Assembly: GCA_026770705.1 (NCBI GenBank)
Contig: JANJGN010000026.1
Location: 5,580,001 to 5,644,000, forward strand
Direction: 5' to 3'
DNA from: Isurus oxyrinchus
Lineage: Eukaryota
DNA: 64,000 bases
Position numbers and translations under genes: made by a program. This document shows positions 11,581 through 23,679 of this stretch, one piece after another. Positions within the stretch are counted from its first letter, which is position 1. Every line of letters starts with the position of its first letter. The notes beneath the pieces were generated by a model, which saw nothing but the letters and a program-made list of their open reading frames with translations, was not told the origin of the DNA and did not search any database.

Positions 11581-12231
11581 GTGACAGTGACATTTCTGGA
11601 TGTTGGAAATGATGTTAGTGATTGTGAGCATTCTGGAAGTTGAGAGTGGGGCTAGTGAGTGTGATGATTCTGGATGTTGGAAATCGAGTTACTGAGAGTG
11701 TGGATTCTGGATGTTGGAAATCGGGTTAGTGAGAGTTAGGATTCTGTATATTGGGCATATGCTTACTGATAGTGAAAATCCTGATTGTTGGGAATGGGGT
11801 GAGTGATAGTGAGGTTTCAGAATGTTGGGGGTGTGGTGGCTTGATTGTGAGGATTTTGGATACTGGGAATATGGTGTTAGTGATAGTGAAGTCTCTGGAT
11901 ATTGGCAATGAGGTTCGTGAGAGTGAGAATTCTATATATTGGGAACAGGTTTAGTGATATTGAATATTCTGACTGTTGGAAATAGGGCTAGTGATAGTGA
12001 GTATTCAGAATGTTGGGAGAGTGGTTTATTGATAGTGAGAATTCTGGATACTGGGAATGAGATCTTAGTGATGGTGAGCATTCTGGATGTTGGGAATGTG
12101 GGGTTAGTTATAGTGAAGACTCTGGAAGTTGGCCATGTGGGGTTAGTGATAGGGTGGATTCTGAATGTTGGGGGTGTGTGGTTATCGTAAGAGAGGAATC
12201 TGGAAGTTGGAAAAGTGGGGTTAATGGAGAA

Positions 12232-13200
12232 CTCCCGAGGCACAGCCACCTTCAGCTCTTTCAGCTTTGAAGTTCCTTCCATCATAAGAGGAGAAGTGAG
12301 CATGTTCACTTATGATTGTGCAATGTTCAGAACCAAATCGCGACTGCCCAGGTACTGATGCAGCCCATGAACAAATGCAACTGGATCTGGACTGGGCTGA
12401 CAAGTAGCAAGCAACCTTCACACCACACAAATTCCGGGCAATGACTCTCTCTAACAAGAGATAATCTAAAGATGCCCTTTGACATTCTGCTTTACCATCG
12501 CCGAATCCCCAGCTATCGACAATCTGGGAGTTACCATTGATCAGAAACTGAAATGGAATTGACATAGAACTACAATGGCGATGAGAGTAGTTCTGGAGCG
12601 AGGAATCCTGTGGCGAACAACTCACCTCCTGACATCACAAAAGCCTGTCCACCATCAACAAACACAAGATAGGGGTGTGATGGGATACTCTCCACTTGCC
12701 TGGCTGAGTGAAGCTCCAACAACACTTAGCAAGCTGGGCCCAATCCAAGGCAAAGCAGGCAACTTGATTAGCACAAGATCCACAAACATTCACTCCTTTG
12801 CACCACTGATGCACAAGAGCAGCACTGAGTATCATCTACAAGATGCACTGCAGGAATTCACCAAGGCTCATTAGACAGCAGCTTCGAAACCCATGGCCGC
12901 TATCATCCAGAGGGACAAGGGCAGCAGACACATGGGAACAGCATCACCTAGAAGTTCCCGCTCAAGCCGCTCACTATTCTGACTTGGAAATATATCGCGA
13001 TTTCTTCACTGTTGCTGGGACAAAATCCTTGGACTCCCTCCCTAACAGTTTTGTGTGTGTACCTACACCACATGGACTGCAACGGTCCAATGAGGCATTT
13101 CATCAACCACCTTCACAAGTGCGATTCGGGATGGCTAATGAAAGCTGGCCTAGAGAGTGGTGACCCAAATGACATGAATGAATAAAACAAAAAGAAAATA
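12232..13200 (+). mobile_element. 5'-truncated L2/CR1-group LINE, copy 2
   Basis: Same family, same truncation point and same 3' tail as copy 1. Confidence 0.85.
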
Positions 13201-14769
13201 GTGATATGGAGAACTCTGGATGCTGGTAATGGGGGTAGTGAGGGTGAGGATGCTGGATGCTGGATGCTGGGAATCGGTTTAGTGATAGAAAGGATGCTGG
13301 ATGTTTGGAATGGGCTTAGTGATAGTGAAGTTTCTAGATGTTGTGATTGTGGGGTCTGTGATAGTGAGTATTCTGGATGTTGGGAATGAAGTTAGTGATA
13401 GTGAGGATCCTGAATGTTGGGAATGTATTCAAAGCTAAGTGAGGAGCCTGAATGCTGGGATTGTCGTGGTTAATTTTGGATGTTTGGGTTGTGGATTCTG
13501 GTTTTGGATTGTGGCATCAGTGATTTTGAGGTTTCTGGATTTCAACGTGTGGGATCAGTGATGGTGAGGTATATCGATTTCGGGAATACTGTGTTAGTGA
13601 TAGTGAGGATGCTGTGTGTTGGGAATTACTTTTGTGCTTTGAGGGTTCTGGAAGTTGGAAATGTGGATTTAGTGGTAGTGGAGAATTTAGATGTTGGGAA
13701 TGGAGTTAGTGATAGTGAGGAACCTGGATGTTTCAACTGGAGTTAGTGATAGTGAGGATTCTGGATGTTGAGAGTGTTTGGTTAATGATATTGAGAATTC
13801 TGAATGTTGGTAATGGAATTCTTGGGAGTGAGAATCCTGGATGTTGGGAATGTGGATATGTGATACTGAGGATTTCGGATTTTGGGAATGGTGTTAGTGA
13901 TAGTGAGGGTTCTCGATGTTGGGAATGGAGTTCGTGACAATGAGAATTTCAGATGATAGGAATATGGGGTTGGTGAGAGTGATGATTCAGATGTAGCAAA
14001 TTTCGTTCATGATGTTTAGGAGACTGCATGTTGGGAATGGGGTTAGTGTAAGTGAGGAATCTGGATGTTGGGAGTGGGGTTAATGATAATGAGGAGTCTG
14101 GATTTTGGGAACGGTGTTAGTGATAATGAAGAATCTGGAAGTTGTGAATGGGGTTAGTCATAGTGAAGAATCCGGATGTTGGGAATGCAGTTACTGATAA
14201 TAAGGAATCTGAATGTTGGAAGGGGTTTAGTGCTAGTGCAGATTCCAGATTTTGTGGACTGTGGTAGTGATAGTGAGGAGTCTGGTTGTTGTGAATGGGA
14301 TTCGTGACAGTGAGGATTCGGAATGTTGGTAACATGGTTAGTTACTATGAGGATTTTGCATGTTCGGAATGGAGTTAGTGATAGCGACGATTCTGAATGT
14401 TGGGAAAGTGGCGTTAATGATATTTATTGTTCTGGATGTTGTAATTTTCGAGTTAATGATAGTGTAGATAGTGGATTTTTGGTATGTGTGACTAATGGTA
14501 GTTTGAATTCTGGATGTTTGGGATGTGGGGTTAATGATATTGATTTTTTTGGATGTTGGCATTTTGGGGTTAATGATGCTGTGGATTCTGGATTTTTTGG
14601 CATGTGGGCTTAATGATAATGAGGACTCTGAATGTTCTGGATGTGGGATTAATGCTTTTATGGTTCTGGACTTGGGATTGTGGGGTTATTGATATTTATG
14701 GATCTGGATGTTGGGCTTTTCGGGTTAGTGATAGTTTTTATTCTAAATGCTGTGAGTACTAACTTCTCA

Positions 14770-16600
14770 TCCGAACTAAATTCCTCATCCCTAATTAAAT
14801 AGTTTGATCAGTACCATCTCTAAGTTCTTGTCATTTGCCCTGAAGTATGGTGTCCAGAATCGGACGCAATATGACAGCTGAGGCCTACGCAATGATTTCT
14901 GAACATTTTTCATAATTTCCTTGCTTCTGTTTTGTAATCCCTTATTAAATAAAAAAATCCCATAAACTATTCATGTCTTTCCACTGCCCAGTCCCGTTCA
15001 AGTATCTGTGTCCGTGCACCATCTCTGTCTTTTAAACTGTTTAAATTTATACTATTTAATTAATATTGCCTTTCTTTATTCGACCGACCAAAATGTATCA
15101 CTATATACACTTAACTATATTAATTTTTACATGTCATCTGTTTGCTCAGTCAAAATCCGCTTGAAGACTGTTACAATCCTCATGGTTTGCGACATTTTTG
15201 AGTCCGTATCATTTGCTATCAAGTTATTCCCTGAATGCCAAGTTCCAGGCTATTAGTAGGCATCAAAATAGCAGTGGACCTGATATTGACCACTACAGAT
15301 CAACGGTTTATAATTCTCTCTAGTCTGAAAAAAAATAACTGCTCGCCAGTACTCTGTTAGAAAGGTTTGTTTTCATGTTTCTTTAACATCATGAGTTTTA
15401 ATTTTGATAATGTTTCACTTGTAAACAACTTTTGCAAGTTCATACAGACAACATGAACCAGATTGTCATCATCAAACCTTTTTACTCCTTCACCAAAAGC
15501 ACAGCATTCAAGTCAGTTAGACAGAATTCCATTTATTAGCCCAGAATTTTTTTTTCAAATATGAATTATTTTTGTCCCGGATTATTGCCTTTAAACGTTT
15601 TCTACACCGACATTAGGATGTTTGGCCTGCAACTCCTTTGTTAGCCCCAATCCTCTATATATACACAGTGGTATAACTCTTGCAGTCCTGAAGCCTTGCG
15701 GCACCATCCCCGTAGACAAGGAGGATTGTAAGCTTCAGGTCAGAAACTCCACTGTGTCCTCCCCTACTTCCTCGGTAACACAATTTACTGATTTAGGTTG
15801 CTGGCTTTCCAGTGTTGGCGGTGGACAATCTTGAAGTACCTTCACTTTCTCTAATTTTATCCAATGAAATGTTGCCTCCATTTTTATGTCTGCATTGGCA
15901 ACACTTTCTTCTCAAGTGAAGAGGCGAAGTAGCCATTTAGCGCTTGAGCTTTTCTGTTGCCACGGGAAGGTCTGAATCTTGACATCATGGTCCCGAACAA
16001 CCTTTGATGCCCTATGTGCTGGATTTTGCTTCATTGTTATGTCAGCAGCAAATCTATTTTTTCCATTATATATTTTCGCCGCTCTAAACTACCCGCCTCC
16101 GTAACTCCAAACCCCCCTCCACCCCCACCACACCGCCCTGCAATTCATCTATTCAGATTACCTCGACCTTCTTTCAGATTCAGCTTGGTTCTTCACTGTG
16201 ATATGAAAAGAACATTGTCAAAAACTGTATTTTCCTCATCTCATTTTAACCGCTATTTATCTACTTATTTAGGAAACTCTGCCTTTGAATTGCCGTCTTT
16301 TACACCTCGTAAAAATGTGCCTCCAATTTCCCAGAATCATCTTCGCTTTGAAGTTCTCCAATTCCACAATTACCCTTTTGCTGCCAGTTTTTGTTTTCAC
16401 TCCAACGAACCCGGGTCAAATCCCCATTTAACTCAGTAAAATGTATCTATTTTTTTGCGCTTTTTGTGCTTGTCCCCTTTCCATAACCTCTCTAAACTTG
16501 ACATGATGTCCATTCTTTCACAAAGCTTTATCCACTGAAACATGCTCCACATGCCTCACTTCGTTCCCAGATGCAGATCCAGCACTTTTTTCATACTGAA
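14770..16600 (-). mobile_element. Decayed CR1-type LINE ORF2
   Basis: Minus-strand remnants of RPQL.YCVRFW (~14850-14900), QRV...FSD..E......SI.GPL (~15270-15355), QSSLSTGMVPQG (~15690-15730) and VLDLHLGNEV (~16550-16585). Confidence 0.7.
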
Positions 16601-16619
16601 TGGGTGGGGGACAAAGGCA

Positions 16620-16790
16620 CTGATTATCTGGAATGAGCTGCCTGAAAATGTGGTGAAGGCAGGTTCAATAGAAGCATGCAAGAGAATGTTAGATGATTAT
16701 TTGAACAGAAACAATGTGAAGGGTTTACGGGGGTGGCAGGGCAAAGGGACTAGGACATATTGCTCATTTGGAGCGCCAGTGCAGATACAA
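16620..16790 (+). mobile_element. CR1-type LINE 3' end fragment
   Basis: IWNELPENVVKAGSIEACKRMLDDYLN, the typical CR1 C-terminus WNxLPxxVVxAxSxxxFKxxLD. Confidence 0.75.
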
Positions 16791-17129
16791 TTGTACATCA
16801 GAATTTTTCAATTTCTGAACTTTCTTTGGAAGTGTCCTTTTTAAGTACGTACGCATCCCTGAAAAATCAAAGCTTCCTGATATGACGAAGTATGAAACGA
16901 ATTGTAAGCAGGTTCCAGTTCTGTTCAAATTTGGCCTCAATACGTGCAGTTAAAAGTCTGATTCTGTGAAGTCGTGCTTGTGTTCAATTCAAAACATTAC
17001 CCTTTTCTTGGCCAGTAGTATAGATCGTATCACAGAATAAACTGGCATAAATGAAGGTTCCCCTTCTCACCACTCTGTACTTTTTGCTTCTTTTTAAAAG
17101 TAATAATGTACAGATATCCTCCTTTATCT

Positions 17130-17302
17130 AAGATAAAAAAAATAAAATGCTACGGATGCTGGAAATCTGAAACAAAAACAGTGAATGCTGGAAAAAACTC
17201 TGCATGTCTAGCAGCATCTGTGGAGAGAGAGAAAGGGTTAACGTTTCGAGTCCGTATGACTTCTTCAGAGCTTCTGAGTTTTTCCAGCATTTTCTGTTTT
17301 TG
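17130..17302 (-). mobile_element. Penelope-type short element with hammerhead motif and short inverted arm
   Basis: The minus strand at 17240-17268 reads CTGAAGA-AGTC-ATACG-GACTC-GAAAC-GTT. It is followed by an inverted arm (CTGAGTTTTTCCAGCATTTTCTGTTTTTG). A degenerate TSD is possible: CTCCTTTATCT/CTCTTGTATCT. Confidence 0.75.
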
Positions 17303-17664
17303 CTCTTGTATCTCCTTGGAACTATTTAGTGGTCTGTAGTATACACTCTAGCCCTGCAGCTCTTCTATTGCTCCTTTATTTTAACAAAATGGAAACCGTC
17401 TTTGAGCTCGCAATTATATCATCCCCCACCGCTCCCCCACCAACCACCCCCCACCCCGCCACCTCCCCCCGCCCCCCAGCGCTTCAACATTTTATTTGAA
17501 CAACATTTCCACCTCCATTATTCCATTCCTCGTCATTGCTGAATACATTATGGAAATAAATATTAATTTTTTAATCCAAGCCGGTATCGAATCAGGTCCC
17601 TGTTACTTCCACAATAGCAGAACACGTGGCGATTTTGTCTGCAGTCAAACTCCATTCATCACTA

Positions 17665-17858
17665 GGATGAAAACAAAAAACTGCGGATGCTGGAAATCCA
17701 AAACAGAAACGGAATTACTGGAAAAACTCAGCAGGTCTGGCAGCATCGGCGGAGAAGAAAAGAGTTGACGTTTTGAGGAAAAAAAAACGTCAACTCTTTT
17801 CTTCTCCGCCGATGCTGCCAGAACTGCTGAGTTTTTCCACGTAATTCTGTTTTTGTTT
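17665..17858. mobile_element. Palindromic Penelope-type short element, centre deleted, 14-bp TSD
   Basis: Inverted arms meet at GTTGACGTTTT-GAGGAAAAA-AAAACGTCAAC. TSD TCCATTCATCACTA at 17651-17664 and 17859-17872. Confidence 0.88.
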
Positions 17859-18709
17859 TCCATTCATCACTACGTGCACTTGCACACGTGCACTGCAAAA
17901 CATTTAAAATGTCTCAGAATTTATCTCCAGTCTGTTTGCTCCTGTATCTCAACTGTTCTTAACTCCGGTGCTATTTGCCTCTCCTGGTGTTCTGCGCACC
18001 ATGTTTTTCCTCTCATCCTGTAGCTCATCTATTATTTAAAAATAAGTAATACCTCAACTCAATGGCACTAGTCTCTTTCTTGATTCAATGCACCCACCGG
18101 CATTTATAACAATAATTATGTTGGAGTCTGTTTGTGTTCATGCTGAGCAGTTGCAATTTTCCTATAATAGATAGATACGAGGTGACACATGTAAGCAGAT
18201 GGCAGTCAATCGCAGCAAAACAAGCCGGGCATTTATGTAAATTAGCACAGAAATAGGGCCACAACAGAGAGCTTAGTGAAAAAAGAGTAACCAGAGTTTC
18301 CCCACCAACCAAAACTGATTCATAATGATTAAGAAATTCAATTTCTACAACGAGGAATACAGATAGTTTCAGCATTTGTTGATTCAATGTTTTACTTTTC
18401 CATTAGTAAAAATGAAGAAAATGCAAGTTTCTACACAGTGATAAGGCTAAAGATTCTTCTGCAAAGCATGCAGCTCGACAAAACAAAAAAAAATTCTGTA
18501 AAAACATACCATTTCAAATATTTCTACTTAAATTGCAAGCGCATTTCTGTGAACGGCCCATTTTTTGTTTTACAAGAGGTAGCAAAAACCCTATTTACGA
18601 ATGGATTTACTGTTTGTAGCATGTCAATGATTCTTTAAACTCTTGTTCTCTAGATTTAAAATGTTTCCGGCGCTACCAATTAACTATCGGTTTTTCGGTC
18701 GCTCTTCTA

Positions 18710-19666
18710 TTCAACCATCTTCTGCTGGTTCATCAATGTCCTTCCTTCCATCATAAGGTCAGAAGTGGCGATGTTCACTGATGATTGCACAATGTTCAGC
18801 ACCATTCGCGAGTCCTCAGATACTGAAACAGTCCATGTCCAAATGCAGCAAAGCCTGGGCAATATCCAGGCTTGGGTTGACAATTGGCAAGTAAAATTCC
18901 CACCACACAAGTGAAAGGCAGTGACCATCTCCAACAAGTAAATATTTAACCATCGCCCCTTGACGTTCAATGCATTGCCATCGCTGAATTCCTCAATGTC
19001 AAATACCTTGGGGTTACTTTAAACAAGAAACTGCACTGGACGAGCAATATACAAAATGTGACAACAAGAGCAGGTCAGACGGTAGGAATCCTGCGGCGAG
19101 TATCTCACCTTCAGACTCCCCAAAGCCTTTCCACCACCTAGAAGTTGCAGGTCAGGAGTGTGATGTGATATTCCCCACTTGCCTGGATGAGTGCAACTCC
19201 AACAACACTCAAGTGGCTTGAAACCGTCTAGGCCAAAGTGCCGCTTGATTTGCACCACATCCAAAAACATTTACTCTCTCCACCACCAACACAATGTGTC
19301 GACAGTGTGTACCAGCTACAAGATGCTCTGCAGGAATTCACCAAGGCTCCTGAGACAGAACCTTCCAAACCCCGGCTGCTACGATCTAGAAAACAAGGGC
19401 AGCGGGCACATTGGGGCACCAGCACCTGGGAGTTGCTTTTCAAGCAACTCACCATTCTGACTTGGAAATATATTGCTGCTCCTTCCTGTGGCTGGTTCAA
19501 AATCCTGGAACTCCCTCCCTCACAGTTCTCTGGGTGCACCGACACAGCATGGATTGCAGCAGTTCATGAAGGCAGCTCACCAGCACATTGGCAAGGGTAA
19601 TCAGCAATGGGCAATAAATCCTGGCCTAACGAGAGAGGCCCACATCTCATGAATGAAAAGCAAAAA
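18710..19666 (+). mobile_element. 5'-truncated L2/CR1-group LINE, copy 3
   Basis: TIFCWFINVLPSIIRSEVAMFTDDCTMF RT motif, with 3' tail GGGCAATAAAT...ATGAATGAAAA. Confidence 0.85.
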
Positions 19667-21954
19667 GCATTCCTTTTCCTGCCTTTCCCTCTTCAATTCA
19701 AGACGGTTATTCCTATTTCCCTTCCCCTCTCCGCTGGTCTTCAATTCAACAATTCACTTCCCTTTCCCTCTCTTTTCATGATCCATTTAAAAATGCACCC
19801 ACTTTCCCTAATTTATTTAACATTATAAGTCATTTTTCTCTCTTTCCCTCTTCAATTCAACAATATACCTTCTTTTTTCTATTTCTAACCGTTTTACTTT
19901 TCAATATGATTGATGAGAGTTACATCTCTTCGTCATATCTCATTCAGAACTTGCTTCCACAATCAGTTAACCTGTTTGACCGCACATCAACAGACTCGCA
20001 CTCTTTGGCTCTCTGTCTACCCACTAATCGGCCAGTTGAAACCATTCAGCATAGCTTCCTATCCATGATGACCCTTATCACCCATCACAATGCCCCTGCA
20101 GGATTCTTTAAGTCGTAGCTCGCTCTTTCTCCTATTGAAGTACCCCCTTTCCGGCTTCAATTGCTAATCCTAAATTAGCACTTCCGTTGAAATTACTGTG
20201 AAAACAATTTAATCTGTCTCTTCCACTGAGATTTCAGCCTTTTGTTCCCGTTCAGAGTTCTGATTTTCTCCTAGATCGTTCTCCCTAAAAATTAACTAAT
20301 TGGCCAGCACCAAAGTTGACCGTTTGTGGCAGGGACTTGTTCTGATCTGATTTGTTCTGTTTATTATGTAAAACATTTTTATTTTTAGCCTACAATTGTA
20401 GTAACATCATGAAATTTCTGTTTCATGTACATCTGGCCTTTCTATATATTGCCTTCTACACGCACTATTCAACCGTGGACTGAAGAATATAGGGTATGTC
20501 ACCCATTTATGTAAAGATTGTGGATCTAATTAATCCTGCTGCAACTGAAAGCACACAGCAACCGATGATGCACAATCTGGACCGTCAGAATTCCCACACA
20601 TAACATGGCGAAGGTGAAAAATGCATGCTGTAAGGAGACGTCTAAAATGCAAAAGCAATAATTTCATCATCAGAACTATTTATTGGCCGCATTTGCAAAA
20701 TGGCATTGTAGGAAGATGTGTGGCTGAAACAGATAGGTTTATGACAAAATATTTCAATCCAGTCATTTCCTCGGGTTAGCCCATCAGCTGAGGCAGTCTC
20801 GTTCTAACATTAATAAGCCTGTTTCAGAATGCCGGCTCAGTGGTGGTGGCAATAAAGAACAGCACTTGATCCTATCAGTCTTTTCACTAAAGGCTGTTCA
20901 ACGTGTTAGACACGTGATGCAATGGGCATAGATTGTGCTCACGTGGAAGTTTCCTTTTCCTCGTTGAAAATGAAACAACGGGGTTTGTGGAATTTGGAGC
21001 CGGAAGACGAACGGCTGTGAGGGCCTTGCCAGGCCTGGTGCCAATTCAGATGTTTGTTTGTTGTCAGTGATGGGACACTTGTATAGATGGCGATGAGGAG
21101 CCTGCTTATTCACTATCTGTCAGGCATGTTTTCAAATTAGCATAATTTACATTACATAATATGGGAAATGGGGCGGAAACATCTCATGATAGCAGATAAT
21201 TCCACTTGAAGAGATTGCGCCAGCGTGTTCTAGTGAAATAGCGACCCCATGTGGCTGTGAGCGATATAACTCGAACGTTGCACGAACGCAACTGCACTGT
21301 TCTGGAATTTATTTTCCTTAGTAACATAACACTATGAGGCAAACTTGGAAGGAAACAATTTCCCAATGCATTCGCTTCCATGACTTTCCCTGTTTCTAGT
21401 TTGAGTCAGATGGAGTTCAAACTGAGGACCCTAGGGAAGCTCATGTTGTGTGAGGAAACAGCTGTAGACTTCGCTGTTGTGGATAATTAATCGACAATTG
21501 TAAAATTCTTTACTAAGATAATCAATAATCCTAACTGCTAGAAATCAAATACCTAATCTTTAAGTGTAAATTTGCCTGTTGGAAGTCCCAGAAAGTGTTG
21601 GAGTGTAGGGTACGGGGTTTGACTGCAATTCATCAAATAATTATTTCCATTAATGGAATTACCGTTATTGCCATTAACGCCACCACCTCCCACTTTAGAG
21701 TCCTGGGGCATTGGGACTGGTTTAGGAGAAAGGGGGACCTTCAAATGCCAATGGGATGCAACTCAAAGGCTCCAAAATAAATATCCTGGCGTGATTGTTT
21801 GCTGGTGCTCTTGGAAATCGTTTAAATTATTTTGGCCGCGCGATGAGAATCTGAACGCCCACTTGGATCGGATAGAAGCATAGCTTTAAGTTTTAGGCAG
21901 ATACTTAAAATAACATAGCAATAGACAGGGGAAGCAAAAAATTGAATATAGACA

Positions 21955-22240
21955 ACACGATGGTAAGAAATGGGAGCAGGAGTGGGCCATTTGCTCACGA
22001 GCCTGCTCGGCCATTTAACAAGATCATGGCTGACCTGATTGTGACATTAACTCCACTTTCCTGCCTGCCACCATAACATGTAGGTCCCTTGTAGATCAAA
22101 ATTCTGTCTCATTCGCATTGAACATATTCAATGACCCAATACCCACCTCTCCATGGGGAAAATAATTCCAAAGACTGACGAACATCTGAGAGAATGATTT
22201 CCTTTTAGTCTCCATCTTAAAAGGGTGAGCCCTTATTTTT
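21955..22240 (-). mobile_element. CR1-type LINE 3' end
   Basis: AAGAAATGGGAGCAGGAGTGGGCCATT...GAGCCTGCTCGGCCATTTAACAAGATCATGGCTGA, similar to the 3' end at ~46100-46170. Confidence 0.75.
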
Positions 22241-22249
22241 GTACAATGA

Positions 22250-22620
22250 CAATACTAAAATACTAAAAGGGATAGGCAGGGTTGATGCAGGTAAGATGTT
22301 GGCCCTCGCTGGGGGGTCTAGAACCAGGAACACAATTTCAAAACAAGATGGTAGCCACTTAGGGCAGACCGAGATGAGGAGGGTTTTTTTTACCAGAGAT
22401 TTGTGAATCTTTGGGATTTTCTAGCTCAGAGGGCTGTAGAAGCTTAGCCATTGAGTATGTTTAAATACAGGTTGACCTATCTCTAAATACATATGAAATA
22501 AAAGGGTTTGGGGATAGCGTGGGGAAAGGAGTTGAAGTACGTGACCAGGCATGATCGTATACCATGGCGGGGCAGGCTTGACGTGCGCAATGGCCTACTC
22601 TCCCTTTTATGTTCCTATGG
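22250..22620 (+). mobile_element. CR1-type LINE 3' end
   Basis: KILKGIGRVDAGKML.L.G.SRTR...FF.QRFVNLWDFL, ending in TGGCCTACTCTCCCTTTTATGTTCCTATG. Confidence 0.8.
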
Positions 22621-23183
22621 ATCCTCTCTCTCGGCTTCATTCCCTGTGACAATCTCTTCCTCAACTGACTGATTATCATATCAGGCATTTCTCTCCATCT
22701 CCTTCATCGTCAGAAATTCCTTCAGAGACTCCCGGTTACGGGAATAGCAGCATATGCATATTTCTGTTCACATTCCAGGATCTTCCAAAATTTTATCTCT
22801 GGAGCGCAGTCGTTTTTCCACTGAACAAACGCGAGTAAAGACTGAAGGTCTCTTGCTGTTGAATATCATAACGGAAAGGGAGGGAATAATTAACAACCCT
22901 TCTGAAGTCCTCAGACTTGTATGCAGCAAATCGAGGTGGTGTCTTAACTCTTTCTTTGTCCCAATCTTCCCACGACCACCGCTCCCTACTACGCTACTGT
23001 TTAGGACCAGCTTCCTCCCTAATCTGCTTTCGTGCTTAACCATTGCCTCTGTCCTTTCCAGTTTCCCTGCCCTTTATAGCGTCGGACAGACTTGATATGC
23101 CAAGGCCTCTCTCCCTGGGGATCATAACCCTGAGTCGGGAGTCACAAGCGGAACAAACTTCACCACTGGGCAGAGGTTGGAAC

Positions 23184-23308
23184 CGGCCATGTTCCCCGCT
23201 CCTGAATCAATGCAGTTAACAACCAAGCACGGTTCAATGACGTCCCGAAAGCATTGTGACATCATTAATGCAGGGCCAATCGGCGACAGGCATGTCTGGG
23301 TGACGTCA
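23184..23308. promoter_or_regulatory. Cluster of CRE/CCAAT/YY1-like motifs (orphan promoter candidate)
   Basis: TGACGTCA 23301-23308, TGACGTC 23238-23244, TGACATCA 23257-23264, CCAAT 23276-23280, and AACATGGCCG on the minus strand at 23184-23193. Confidence 0.35.
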
Positions 23309-23679
23309 TACCCTGCCCTTACCTGCCGTTTATTGTAAAGAGCTGTTCGACTGAAAATTACTTCAATCCTCATCAAAATAACTATTCAATGTTAACACTC
23401 ATTAGACCATGAAATGCAATGACTCTGCCAGTTTAATTTGTTTGCATCCTGTGTCTTATCACCTCAATTTGTACATAGTCCTTGTCCTTAATACACCATC
23501 GTGTGCGGCGTGGTTTCATAACAGAAAGATATTTCCTGAAACCTGCAGCTCTCACCAGTGGCACCGCTGAAATAGCAGCTCTGTAATTTTAAACAAAGAT
23601 GGGGGACTTCAAATGGAATTATTGTACGGGAGATCCCAAATGGAAACTGCGACTGTGAATTAAAATATTGATGAATATG

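Larger units (their letters stand above)
9490..14760. repeat. 39-bp G/T-rich minisatellite (GGGGTTAGTGATAGTGAGGATTCTGGATGTTGGGAATGT), interrupted by two LINE copies
   Basis: Direct tandem repetition. The 13-codon period yields the spurious LVIVRILDVGNVG ORFs. More degenerate copies extend left to ~8880. Confidence 0.92.

Noticed and set aside
9486-14613. 13-aa repeat ORFs (LVIVRILDVGNVG) resembling leucine-rich repeats
   Set aside because: Product of the 39-bp minisatellite, with frequent frameshifts and stops, LINE interruptions and no splice structure.
22620-22860. Purine-rich minus-strand stretch that could be a coding exon
   Set aside because: Stops occur in all frames and no domain is recognisable.
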